The notes under the pieces: model-generated
What the model saw: only the letters and a program-made list of their open reading frames with translations
Told to the model about the DNA's origin: nothing
Databases searched by the model: none
Part shown: positions 18,965 to 27,600 of the stretch, piece after piece
Position numbering within the stretch: position 1 is the first letter of the stretch
How the letters are laid out: each line of letters opens with the position of its first letter
Made by a program: the position numbers and the translations under genes
Source: an uncultured Candidatus Saccharibacteria bacterium
GTDB taxonomy: Bacteria; Patescibacteriota; Saccharimonadia; Saccharimonadales; UBA10212
Length of the DNA stretch: 64,000 nt
Assembly (NCBI GenBank): GCA_964448095.1
Contig: CAYUUT010000001.1
Span: 105,829 to 169,828, forward strand
Direction: 5' to 3'

Positions 18965-21900
18965 CTATCTGACTACAACGTTGGTAGCACCAAAAACGGA
19001 GGCTAAATCGCGCAGGCTTTCTTCGTTGACATCGATTGTTTGCGGCAATTTGATGGCTTGCTTATCATCAGCGGCGCCGGTGACTAATACCACTTCGGTG
19101 CTGCCGCGGTAACCATCAAGTTTTTCTTTAAGGCTTATAAGCATTGGTTGGTTTTGACTGTCCTCCAACCTGATATAAAGACGCTTGGCGGCCGCGACCG
19201 AGATAGCCGGCGCCGGGGCGGAAGCCTGAACCGGCGCCGGCTGCTGGGGGCTGTTTTCCGATAAAATTCTGGCCTCATCGACCAGTATTTTAATTTCCGA
19301 ATCATCGCCGCCGGTTCGGCCGCGCCCACGGCCAATTTTTCCAATAGCAATAACTACCTGGTCGCGCTGCCACAGATTAGCCGTCGCCTGATATGTTTTT
19401 GGGAAGACTACGGCTTCAATTTCGCCGGTCAAATCAGCAATTTGGACGAAAGCCATCTTGGCGCCGTTTTTAGTGGTTATCTCGCGCATAGCAGTTATCG
19501 AGCCGCCGATTGTAACTGAACGGCCGTCAGTCAGACCACTACCCAAACTGTTGATTGGCGCCGCTTGTCTAGCTAGGATCTGTTCATAGGCTTTTAACGG
19601 GTGTTGGCTTAGATAAAGTCCGATTAGTTCTCTCTCCCATGATAGTAATTGGCCCGATGGGACCTCCGGTAGGCTTTCATCCAATACTAACCTGGGCGCC
19701 ATTTGCGCGGTTTGCGATCCATCGCCGAATAAGTCTACCTGGCCGGAACTGGCGTTTTTCTGCAGACGGTTAGACAGCGCTAGCAGATTATCCACATTAT
19801 TGACTATCAGACTACGGCTGCCAAAACTGTCTAGGGCGCCGCTTTTAGCTAGGCTTTCCAGGGACTTACGATTGACCACGCTGACGTTTACGCTGCGGCA
19901 AAAATCCTCCAGTGAGTTAAAACGTCCGCCCAGCTCCTCGCGGGCCCGCAGAATTTCCTCGGCGGCGCCATGTCCAACATTCTTGATGGCATCAAGGCCA
20001 AAGCGAATCTGACCGGACTCCTTAACCACGCCGAACTCGTGGAAAGATTCATTGACGTCCGGCGGCAGAACTTCGATACCCATGTGCTTACATTCGGTAA
20101 TTTCAATTGCCAGACGGTCAGTGTTGTCGTAGTCACTGGTCATAAGCGCAGCCATAAAAGCCTGAGGATAATGGGCTTTAAGATAGGCGGTTTGATAAGC
20201 AATTAGGCCGTAGCAAGCCGAGTGTACTTTGTTGAAGCAGTAGGCCGCGAAATCTTCCAGCTGCACCCAGAAGCGCTCCATGCTGCGACGGTCAGCGCCA
20301 GAGTGTTGGACGGCGCCGTCGATAAATTCTTTTTTCATTTTAGCCAGGACGGAGGGGATTTTTTTGGCCACGCCTTTGCGCAGCGTGTCTGCCTGGCCAC
20401 CGCTAAAACCGCACAGATCTTTACTAATTTGCATCACTTGCTCTTGGTAGACAATTACGCCGTAGGTATTTTCTAGGGCGTTTTTCATCACCGGATGAAT
20501 ATATTCAATCTGGCGCTGGCCATTCTTTCGCGCGATAAAGTCGTCAATCCACTGCATCGGGCCCGGGCGATATAGAGCCACCATAGCGATGATGTCTTCG
20601 AATTCCGTAGGTTTTAGCTGTTTAAGATAGCGGCGCATGCCGGCCGATTCCAACTGAAAAACTCCGGTGGTTTCGGCTTTTTGCAGAAGCTCGAAAGTCT
20701 TTTTGTCGTCCATTGGAATCTGGGCGATATCAATAGTTTGGCCGTAAACTTTTTTAACGATACGCAGGGCATTTTTGATGGTTGTTAAGTTAGAGAGGCC
20801 CAAAAAGTCCATTTTAAGCAGCCCCAGTTCTTCGACCGGATTCATCGAATATTGAGTCGCGACTCCGCCTTTTTGCGGCAGCTCCAGCGGCGCGTACTTG
20901 ACGATGTCATCAGGGGCGATGACCACACCGGCAGCGTGCACGCCGTGGCTGCGGATTGTACCTTCTAGTTTCATAGCCAGTTCAAAAACACGGTGTGATT
21001 GCGGGCTATTGGCATTTTCGGCCTTAAGCTCTGGCACTTGTTTTAAATGGGTTGATAACGGTGTGTGTCGGCCTTGGACTGGCGGCGGAATCATTTTAGC
21101 CAGGCGGTCGGCATCGGCATAAGGCACCTGCAGTACCCGGGCAACATCACGTACCGAATTGCGCGCTGCCATCGATCCGAACGTGACAATATTTGCCACC
21201 CGGTCGCGGCCGTATTTTTCCACACAATAATTAATGACTTCATCCCGCCGGGTGTCTTGGATGTCGATATCCATATCCGGCATGCTAATGCGGTCGGGGT
21301 TCAAGAAGCGCTCAAATAGTAAATCGTATTGCAGCGGGTCAATCTCGGTAATTCGCATGGCATAGGCCAGTATTGAACCGGCGGCACTGCCTCGGCCCGG
21401 TCCAAAAACGATGTCGTTGTCTTTGCCCCAGTTAATAAAGTCGGCGACAATCAAGAAATAACCGTTAAAGCCCATGCTATCGACTATTCCGAGCTCATAG
21501 GTGGCTCGTTCAATGGCCTGCTTGGTCAAGGTTTTTTTGGCTTCAGACATACTAAGTTTCTGGGCATGGGGCCGCGATTTTTTGCCGTAACGCCAAGCCA
21601 TACCCTGCCATACCTGTTTTTCCAGCAGACTTTTTTCGGTCTCACCCTTTGGTGTTGGGAATTTTGGAATCAGTATTTTGCCCAGCTCAATCTCTAGATT
21701 ACAGCGCTCAGCAATCTTTTTACTATTGGTTATTAACTCCGGATGCTCATGGCCCCAGCGTTTAATAATATCTTTGGGGTCGGCAACGTGCAGTTCAAAA
21801 TCCTTAAGTGTGAAACGGTTTTCGTCGGCAAGGAATGCGCCAGTCTGCACGCACAATAGAATCTCGTGGGCTTCCTGGTCCTCATGGTTTAGATAGTGTG

Positions 21901-22564
21901 CATCGCAAGTTACGACAGCGGGAATATCCAGTTCCTTTGCTAGTTTTAACAGCAACTCGTTGACTTGCTTTTGCTCTTGCCAAGCGGTTGGATGCGCCGG
22001 ATGACCGTGATCCATTAACTCAATGTAGTAACGGTCGCCGAAAAGTTCTTGGTACCATAGCGCGGTTTTTTTGGCTTGTTCGTATTGGCCTTGGCGCAAG
22101 GCATCGCTGACTTCGCCGCCCATGCAACCACTCAGAATGATCAGACCCTCGTTATATTTTTCCAACAGTTCGCGGTCAATACGCGGCCGATAGTAGAATC
22201 CGTCCAGATTGGCAATAGTCGATAGACGCATCAGGTTCTGATAACCCTTGGCGTTCATGGCCAACATTGTTAGGTGATAGTATTGGCGATCCTTGGCTGG
22301 ATCCCTGTCTTGATGCCCGCGCGCAGCAATATAAGCTTCCATCCCGATGATGGGCTTGATGCCGGAATCCTTAGCGGCGTTATAAAATTCAATCGCACCA
22401 CTCATAGTCCCGTGGTCGGTAACGGCTACAGAGCCCATGCCCATTTCTTTTATGCGATCAACCAATGCCGGAATCTTGGTTAAACCATCCAGCAAACTAT
22501 ATTGGGTGTGATTATGCAGATGCACATAATCAGACGACTTTAACTTTTCCCCCAGTTTGGCCAT
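18965..22564 (-). CDS. dnaE: DNA polymerase III alpha subunit
   Basis: 1199 aa. An N-terminal PHP domain (HLHNHTQYSLLDG), polymerase core and a C-terminal OB fold. Confidence 0.95.
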   Translation of the reverse strand: MAKLGEKLKSSDYVHLHNHTQYSLLDGLTKIPALVDRIKEMGMGSVAVTDHGTMSGAIEFYNAAKDSGIKPIIGMEAYIAARGHQDRDPAKDRQYYHLTMLAMNAKGYQNLMRLSTIANLDGFYYRPRIDRELLEKYNEGLIILSGCMGGEVSDALRQGQYEQAKKTALWYQELFGDRYYIELMDHGHPAHPTAWQEQKQVNELLLKLAKELDIPAVVTCDAHYLNHEDQEAHEILLCVQTGAFLADENRFTLKDFELHVADPKDIIKRWGHEHPELITNSKKIAERCNLEIELGKILIPKFPTPKGETEKSLLEKQVWQGMAWRYGKKSRPHAQKLSMSEAKKTLTKQAIERATYELGIVDSMGFNGYFLIVADFINWGKDNDIVFGPGRGSAAGSILAYAMRITEIDPLQYDLLFERFLNPDRISMPDMDIDIQDTRRDEVINYCVEKYGRDRVANIVTFGSMAARNSVRDVARVLQVPYADADRLAKMIPPPVQGRHTPLSTHLKQVPELKAENANSPQSHRVFELAMKLEGTIRSHGVHAAGVVIAPDDIVKYAPLELPQKGGVATQYSMNPVEELGLLKMDFLGLSNLTTIKNALRIVKKVYGQTIDIAQIPMDDKKTFELLQKAETTGVFQLESAGMRRYLKQLKPTEFEDIIAMVALYRPGPMQWIDDFIARKNGQRQIEYIHPVMKNALENTYGVIVYQEQVMQISKDLCGFSGGQADTLRKGVAKKIPSVLAKMKKEFIDGAVQHSGADRRSMERFWVQLEDFAAYCFNKVHSACYGLIAYQTAYLKAHYPQAFMAALMTSDYDNTDRLAIEITECKHMGIEVLPPDVNESFHEFGVVKESGQIRFGLDAIKNVGHGAAEEILRAREELGGRFNSLEDFCRSVNVSVVNRKSLESLAKSGALDSFGSRSLIVNNVDNLLALSNRLQKNASSGQVDLFGDGSQTAQMAPRLVLDESLPEVPSGQLLSWERELIGLYLSQHPLKAYEQILARQAAPINSLGSGLTDGRSVTIGGSITAMREITTKNGAKMAFVQIADLTGEIEAVVFPKTYQATANLWQRDQVVIAIGKIGRGRGRTGGDDSEIKILVDEARILSENSPQQPAPVQASAPAPAISVAAAKRLYIRLEDSQNQPMLISLKEKLDGYRGSTEVVLVTGAADDKQAIKLPQTIDVNEESLRDLASVFGATNVVVR

Positions 22565-22613
22565 TACTACTATTATAGCCCAATTATAATCGGCCTATTT
22601 GTAGTAAAAATGA

Positions 22614-23024
22614 TTAGCTTTTCAGAAACTTGCCAAGATTTTTCTTGGCTTGCTTGGCTTGCTTAATAGCCTTGTTGAGTTCTGGGTCGTCAGCCTCGCC
22701 AGCTTTGACGGCTTTCAGCACATAAGTTGCTTTGTTTTGGGCGTCTTTAGCCTTAACCACCGCTTCGTTATAGTCCTCGCGGGCTTGGGCGCTGAGCGCC
22801 ACGGTTTTAGATTTGGTTCTAGCCAATAGGTCACTCAAATCGCCTTCTAGGTCTTGAAGCTGATCCACAGTACTATCTTTAACATCAACCGCTTTGTCAG
22901 CGATGTCATCGCGTGTTTCTTTACCGCTTTTAGGCGCTGTCAGTAATCCAGCCAGATAACCAGTTACTCCGGCCACCGCCGCCCCAAGAGCTACGTTCCT
23001 CCCAGTATGCTTATTCCTTGCCAT
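22614..23024 (-). CDS. YtxH-like protein (DUF948-associated general stress family)
   Basis: N-terminal GAAVAGVTGYLAGLLTAPKSGKETRDD signature followed by a coiled coil. Confidence 0.55.
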   Translation of the reverse strand: MARNKHTGRNVALGAAVAGVTGYLAGLLTAPKSGKETRDDIADKAVDVKDSTVDQLQDLEGDLSDLLARTKSKTVALSAQAREDYNEAVVKAKDAQNKATYVLKAVKAGEADDPELNKAIKQAKQAKKNLGKFLKS

Positions 23025-23026
23025 GT

Positions 23027-23287
23027 CTATCCTTTCCTTTTACGAGAACGTGTCGCGTTCTCAACAATACCGCCCACTATTTTTAAAAACGCCAGCGGCG
23101 TAGCAGTCCTTTTGAATGTATTAGCCGCCGATTCCATAGATTCTGCAACATTCTCGGCGTGTCCGGTTATGTGTTTAACTTGCTTGCCTATTTTGATGAC
23201 ATAAACCATGGCGATAATTGCCACTACCAAAAAAACTGCCAGCACGGCACTGACGATAATAACTAAAATTTCTGCAGCTGTATCCAT
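23027..23287 (-). CDS. Small membrane protein (DUF948/YtxG-like), the partner of the YtxH-like gene
   Basis: 86 aa, with an N-terminal TM ILVIIVSAVLAVFLVVAIIAMV followed by an amphipathic helix. This is the pairing seen for ytxG/ytxH. Confidence 0.45.
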   Translation of the reverse strand: MDTAAEILVIIVSAVLAVFLVVAIIAMVYVIKIGKQVKHITGHAENVAESMESAANTFKRTATPLAFLKIVGGIVENATRSRKRKG

Positions 23288-23295
23288 GGCTTGAA

Positions 23296-24696
23296 TTATA
23301 CACCAAGTTGTTTTTTGATGAGTTGTTGAGCCACGCTGGGGTTGGCTTTGCCCTTGGATTTTGCCATCACCTGTCCGACCAAAAAGCTAATGGCTTTCAC
23401 CTCGCCGTTTTTGACGTCTTCGGCGGCTTGAGCATTTTCGCTCAAGACTTCAGCCACAATTTTGTCGATTTCAGCCTCATCCGAGACTTGTTTCTTACCT
23501 TCTGATAACTCCTCGACGCTTTTAGCCGGGTTTTTGGCTTTGGTCAGCAAGATTTCTTTGGCGGTATTGGAGCTGATTTCTTTGGCATTCAGCATCTCGA
23601 CTACTTTGATGTGCTCAGCCAAATCGACTTTAAGAGTGTCCGGCTCCTCCAGCGAGTCAAAGGCTAGACGCCGGATGGTTTCCGGCGCAGCGCGCGTGTC
23701 GGCGGCCTGCAAAACCTTTTTGCAGGCCGCCTGGTCGTCCAAAATATCCTCAATGACGTCCGCGGAAATACTTAACTTATTAAGTATTCTTCTGATGTCG
23801 CCGGGCAGTTGCGGCATTTTGGCTCGTTGCTCTTTGATAAACTCATCATCCAGCTCCAGCGGCGGAACATCCGGTTCGGGCATGTAGCGGTAGTCGTGGG
23901 CTTCTTCTTTACCACGCTGACTGACGGTTTCTTGTTTAGCTTCGTCCCAGCCACGGGTTTCTTGAACGACTTTTTCGCCTTTTTCCAATAGTTCAGTTTG
24001 GCGCTTGATTTCGTACTCCACTGCTGCCTCTACACTGCGGAAGCTGTTTAGATTTTTGATCTCACTGCGCGTGCCAAGCTTTCCAGACTCACTGCTTAGG
24101 CTGGTGTTCACGTCGAAGCGCACGTGGCCGTGATATAAATCCCCCTCGGTCACGCCGGCATATTTCATGGTTAGCCACAGCTCTCGGGCGTAGGCTTTAG
24201 CCTCGGCAGCGCTATGCAGTTCGGGCTTGCTAACGATTTCCAGCAACGGCGTGCCAGCCCGGTTAAAATCTACTAGACTGTAGTCCGCGCCCGCCGGATG
24301 AGTGTTCTTGCCAGCATCGGCTTCTAGATTGGCGCGTTCGACACCAATTTTCTTAGTCGCGCCGGCCTGATTAATCTCCACGTAGCCGCCAACAATAATG
24401 GACGATTGATACTGGGTTATTTGATAGCCCATGGGCAAATCCGGATAAAAGTAGTGCTTGCGCTCGAAATAGCTGTGCTTTTGCGGAACAGTATTTAGGG
24501 CGAAGGCCGCCCGGGCCGAAAGTTCTATAGCAGCTTTGTTCAGCACCGGCAACGCGCCGGGCAGACCAATGTCTATATGGCTGATCAGTGTGTTCGGCTT
24601 GGCCTCGCGAGCATCATTGTCTACGGCCGAAAATAGCTTGGTCTTGGTTCTAAGTTGCACGTGACACTCAATTCCAATAGTAGGTGTGTACTTCAT
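23296..24696 (-). CDS. gatB: Aspartyl/glutamyl-tRNA(Asn/Gln) amidotransferase subunit B
   Basis: MKYTPTIGIECHVQL... A GatB N-terminal domain and a C-terminal YqeY-like domain. Confidence 0.9.
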   Translation of the reverse strand: MKYTPTIGIECHVQLRTKTKLFSAVDNDAREAKPNTLISHIDIGLPGALPVLNKAAIELSARAAFALNTVPQKHSYFERKHYFYPDLPMGYQITQYQSSIIVGGYVEINQAGATKKIGVERANLEADAGKNTHPAGADYSLVDFNRAGTPLLEIVSKPELHSAAEAKAYARELWLTMKYAGVTEGDLYHGHVRFDVNTSLSSESGKLGTRSEIKNLNSFRSVEAAVEYEIKRQTELLEKGEKVVQETRGWDEAKQETVSQRGKEEAHDYRYMPEPDVPPLELDDEFIKEQRAKMPQLPGDIRRILNKLSISADVIEDILDDQAACKKVLQAADTRAAPETIRRLAFDSLEEPDTLKVDLAEHIKVVEMLNAKEISSNTAKEILLTKAKNPAKSVEELSEGKKQVSDEAEIDKIVAEVLSENAQAAEDVKNGEVKAISFLVGQVMAKSKGKANPSVAQQLIKKQLGV

Positions 24697-25097
24697 AACG
24701 CTCCCAGGTCGTGCAAGCCCTTTTTGAAACCAGCTAGGGCGTTTTGGGCTTCGTTCTTTTTGAGCTTTACGTCAGGCTCGTGTACCAGGCGGTTGCGCAA
24801 TTTGTGGGCGTACCAAACAGCGTCGTTATCCTTCATCGAGCGTTGGGCGGCCACCAGCCGCTCGCCCATAGTTTTGCCGGAAAAGCCGCGCTTTTTAAGC
24901 GCTTCATCCAGAAGCTTATCGGCATCAATTACCGCTAAAATCATGCCGTCGGGCGTTTTGACGCGGGCTAAAAGCTCCAGCCATTTATTCTGGAAATGTT
25001 CTTGGTTTAAGCCGCGGCGTACAACTCCGCCAAAGCGGTTGATGAGCGCCAGAACAATTACGCCCAGAATTATTATGCCAATCAGGAACTCAAACAT
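24693..25097 (-). CDS. Membrane-anchored hypothetical protein inserted between gatA and gatB
   Basis: 134 aa. TM FLIGIIILGVIVLALI. The start overlaps the gatA stop and the stop overlaps the gatB start. Confidence 0.5.
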   Translation of the reverse strand: MFEFLIGIIILGVIVLALINRFGGVVRRGLNQEHFQNKWLELLARVKTPDGMILAVIDADKLLDEALKKRGFSGKTMGERLVAAQRSMKDNDAVWYAHKLRNRLVHEPDVKLKKNEAQNALAGFKKGLHDLGAL

Positions 25098-26503
25098 CAG
25101 GCCAGCTCCTCAAAAGCCCGGGCGGCTGCCAACAGCCGGCGGTCGGCGCTCATTGGCGCAATAATTTGCAAACCTACAGGCAAGTTATCTGCCATACCTG
25201 CCGGCACGCTAATCGCCGGATTACCGGAAATGTTGGCGGCCACCGTCATGATGTCAGTTAGATACATTTGCAGCGGATCGCCGGTCTTTTCGCCGATTTT
25301 GAATGCCGTCGTGGGCGAAGTTGGTCCCACTAGCAAGTCAAATTTTTCAAAAGCTGCTGCAAATTCGTTAATAATTTTGGTGCGAACCATTTGGGCCTTC
25401 TTATAATAAGCATCGTAGTAGCCGCTGGATAAAACATAAGTACCAATCATAATGCGGCGCTTGGCCTCGGCGCCAAAGCCTTGTTCGCGGCTGAGCTCAT
25501 AGCTCTCTTCTAAGTCATTGGCTTCTTTGGCACTGAAGCCGTAGCGCTGGCCATCGTAACGCGCCAGATTGCTGCTGACCTCGGCCGGACAAACAATATA
25601 ATAAACAGCCAGCGCCAGCGGTAAGCTAGGCAAACTAACCTCTAAGACTTCGGCGCCGGCGGCTTTGAATTTTTCGATGGCCGCATCTACAACTTTTTTA
25701 ACTTCACTGTTCAGGCCTTCATCGAAATACTCCTTAATAACACCGACTTTTTTACCCTGCAAATTGCCGTCCAGATCGCCATACGATTTTCCATCGCGCT
25801 CGATAGTCGTGCCGTCCAGCTCGTCGCGCCCGGACATAACGTCCAGTACCAGCGCGGCGTCCTCGACGTTAGTCGCTAGCGGCCCAATAACATCGGTACT
25901 GGAGGCCATAGCGATTACTCCACTACGACTAACCAGTCCATAGGTCGGCTTAAGCCCCACAGCGCCACAAAAGCTGGCTGGTAATCGGATGGAGCCGCCG
26001 GTATCTGTACCCAGGGCAAAGGGCGCCAAGCCTAAAACTACGGACGCCGCCGAACCGCCGCTGCTGCCACCGGGCACACGTTCTTTATCGTGCGGATTTT
26101 TAGTCACAAAAAAGTCGCTGTTCTCGGTGCTGCTGCCATGGGCAAAGGCGTCAAGATTGGCCTTAGCCACACAAATAGCGCCCTCGGCTTCCAGTCTTTC
26201 GATAGCTGTCGCCTGATAAAACGCTTCATAAGGTTTGAGGATATTACTGGCGGCCGTAGTTTTGCCTCCCAGAGTAAGGAAATTATCCTTGGCGATAAAC
26301 GGCACGCCGGCCAAGCGGCCTTTGGGATTTTTGTCGATTTCGACCGCGCGCTGCCGCGCGCGGTCGGCCAAAGTTGAAATAATCGCATCAAATTCTTTAT
26401 TGTCATCGATAGCTTTCAGTGCCTGCTCGACTAAATCAGCGGCTTTTAGCTTCCCAGCTTGAACGTCACGAGCAATATCGGCAACCGCCGGCCATTGGCT
26501 CAT
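25097..26503 (-). CDS. gatA: Glutamyl-tRNA(Gln) amidotransferase subunit A (amidase signature family)
   Basis: Amidase signature GGSSGGSAA and the catalytic Ser-cisSer-Lys context. Confidence 0.9.
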   Translation of the reverse strand: MSQWPAVADIARDVQAGKLKAADLVEQALKAIDDNKEFDAIISTLADRARQRAVEIDKNPKGRLAGVPFIAKDNFLTLGGKTTAASNILKPYEAFYQATAIERLEAEGAICVAKANLDAFAHGSSTENSDFFVTKNPHDKERVPGGSSGGSAASVVLGLAPFALGTDTGGSIRLPASFCGAVGLKPTYGLVSRSGVIAMASSTDVIGPLATNVEDAALVLDVMSGRDELDGTTIERDGKSYGDLDGNLQGKKVGVIKEYFDEGLNSEVKKVVDAAIEKFKAAGAEVLEVSLPSLPLALAVYYIVCPAEVSSNLARYDGQRYGFSAKEANDLEESYELSREQGFGAEAKRRIMIGTYVLSSGYYDAYYKKAQMVRTKIINEFAAAFEKFDLLVGPTSPTTAFKIGEKTGDPLQMYLTDIMTVAANISGNPAISVPAGMADNLPVGLQIIAPMSADRRLLAAARAFEELA

Positions 26504-26506
26504 GAT

Positions 26507-26800
26507 TTAGCCCAATACCCTTTTTACTTTGAACTGGCCAGCCTGCTTATCCGGCGCGCCCTTCAGTAAGTCTTCGGTTTTATAGCCATAATCACGTGTG
26601 GAGTCAGTTCGCATCACATTTTTGAGGCCGGTGACTTGATAAGTCGGTTCTAAGCCGGCGGTGTCGGCCTTATCTAAAACCTCTACATATTCCAGGATGG
26701 ATGACAGCTCGGTTCTGAAGCGCTCGACTTCCTCGTCGCTTAAGCGTAAACGGCTAAGTTTAGCCAACTTTAAAACATCGTCCCGGCTCAATTTACTCAT
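26507..26800 (-). CDS. gatC: Glu-tRNA(Gln) amidotransferase subunit C
   Basis: 97 aa. LSRDDVLKLAKLSRLRLSDEEVERF is typical of GatC. Confidence 0.85.
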   Translation of the reverse strand: MSKLSRDDVLKLAKLSRLRLSDEEVERFRTELSSILEYVEVLDKADTAGLEPTYQVTGLKNVMRTDSTRDYGYKTEDLLKGAPDKQAGQFKVKRVLG

Positions 26801-26843
26801 AGTTATTAGCTAAGTATAGCAAATCCTCAACCCCGTGAACTCG

Positions 26844-26872
26844 TTGACAAAGTGCTTTTGTTATTATAGTAT
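26844..26872 (+). promoter_or_regulatory. Sigma70-like promoter: a perfect TTGACA -35 box, with a -10 box either TATAGT (15-nt spacer) or TAGTAT (17-nt spacer)
   Basis: TTGACA at about 26844-26849. The candidate -10 hexamers lie 15-17 nt downstream. It points toward the GC-rich ORF at 26959. Confidence 0.35.
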
Positions 26873-26958
26873 GCAATTAACCAATAATACTCTGTCTGAA
26901 GAGCAGTTGTTTATTTGGCGTTCTTTAAGCAGAGTTAAAAACCCGAACGGAGGCACAG

Positions 26959-27429
26959 ATGTCAGACGGCACGCTGGTTGTGTGTGAAGTGGAGACCCCA
27001 GGCTTCGGCCGCTGCCGAACGCTGCAGTTGTCCGACAGGGCTCGCGGATTCGAGACCGAGAGGCCTCTGTCCGATCTGACGGACGTTCGCGTCGTCAAGC
27101 GCGGTCCCGACCTGGTGGCTCTGCTGATCCACCAGCATCACTGCCGTGTTCCCCTCGAAGAGCTCGGGAGCACCGGGCTCGGCCTCGCGGAGAGGATCCA
27201 CGCCCACGGCCACGTCCAGGGCATCCTTTTCGAGGAGCGCAATCTGATCGTCGTCACGGCGACGATTTCGTTCTACTGGGAGACACTGCTCGACCACGTC
27301 CTGGGGTGCCTCGGCTCCCAAGCCCACCAGCGGCGCGTCGCCCTGCACGAGGAGGCAAGGCGCCGCAGGACAGAAGCGGTACTGCCGCTCGGCCTATACC
27401 CAGGCGGCTCCAAGCCGCTCCCGGCGTAG
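26959..27429 (+). CDS. Hypothetical 156-aa protein in a ~65% GC islet, with codon usage typical of high-GC organisms
   Basis: A GGAGG Shine-Dalgarno site 5 nt upstream of the ATG. GC3 about 85%, against first-position GC far lower. The antisense ORF at 26962..27348 shares the same codon register but has a low-GC third position, so the plus frame is the coding one. No family recognised. Confidence 0.45.
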   Translation: MSDGTLVVCEVETPGFGRCRTLQLSDRARGFETERPLSDLTDVRVVKRGPDLVALLIHQHHCRVPLEELGSTGLGLAERIHAHGHVQGILFEERNLIVVTATISFYWETLLDHVLGCLGSQAHQRRVALHEEARRRRTEAVLPLGLYPGGSKPLPA

Positions 27430-27451
27430 TCGACACGCCACGCTTCCTCCT

Positions 27452-27487
27452 GGAGAGGCCGGCCAGCACTATAGGGCCGGCCTCTCC
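27452..27487. terminator. Perfect 13-bp GC-rich hairpin (GGAGAGGCCGGCC-10 nt loop-GGCCGGCCTCTCC) with no U-tract; candidate I-shaped/bidirectional terminator
   Basis: Sits 23 nt after the stop of the GC-rich ORF and about 115 nt beyond the convergent uvrB stop. Confidence 0.45.
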
Positions 27488-27600
27488 CACACGCATGAAA
27501 TCGTCAAGGATTACTTCTTGGCCTACTAAGTTTCATGCCCTTCGAGCATTAACTCTGCTCTTTCCCGGACTGCTCAAGTTTTGAGCGTTGCGGAAAAGAT

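Noticed and set aside
18965-22564. Many 60-90-aa ORFs on both strands inside dnaE, clpC, uvrB, pheT and other large genes
   Set aside because: They are fully nested within, or antisense to, long ORFs with strong homology and carry no independent motifs. They are spurious.
26962-27348. 128-aa minus-strand ORF, and several other overlapping ORFs (27254..27496, 27306..27584), inside the GC-rich islet
   Set aside because: These ORFs share a codon register with the plus-strand ORF, and G/C richness sits in the third position only for the plus frame. Overlapping antisense ORFs are the expected artefact of high-GC DNA.
27546-27575. GUCCGGGAAAG-like string reminiscent of the RNase P RNA P4 region
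   Set aside because: The element order is reversed relative to the conserved GGAAAGUCCGG, and there is no other RNase P structure.
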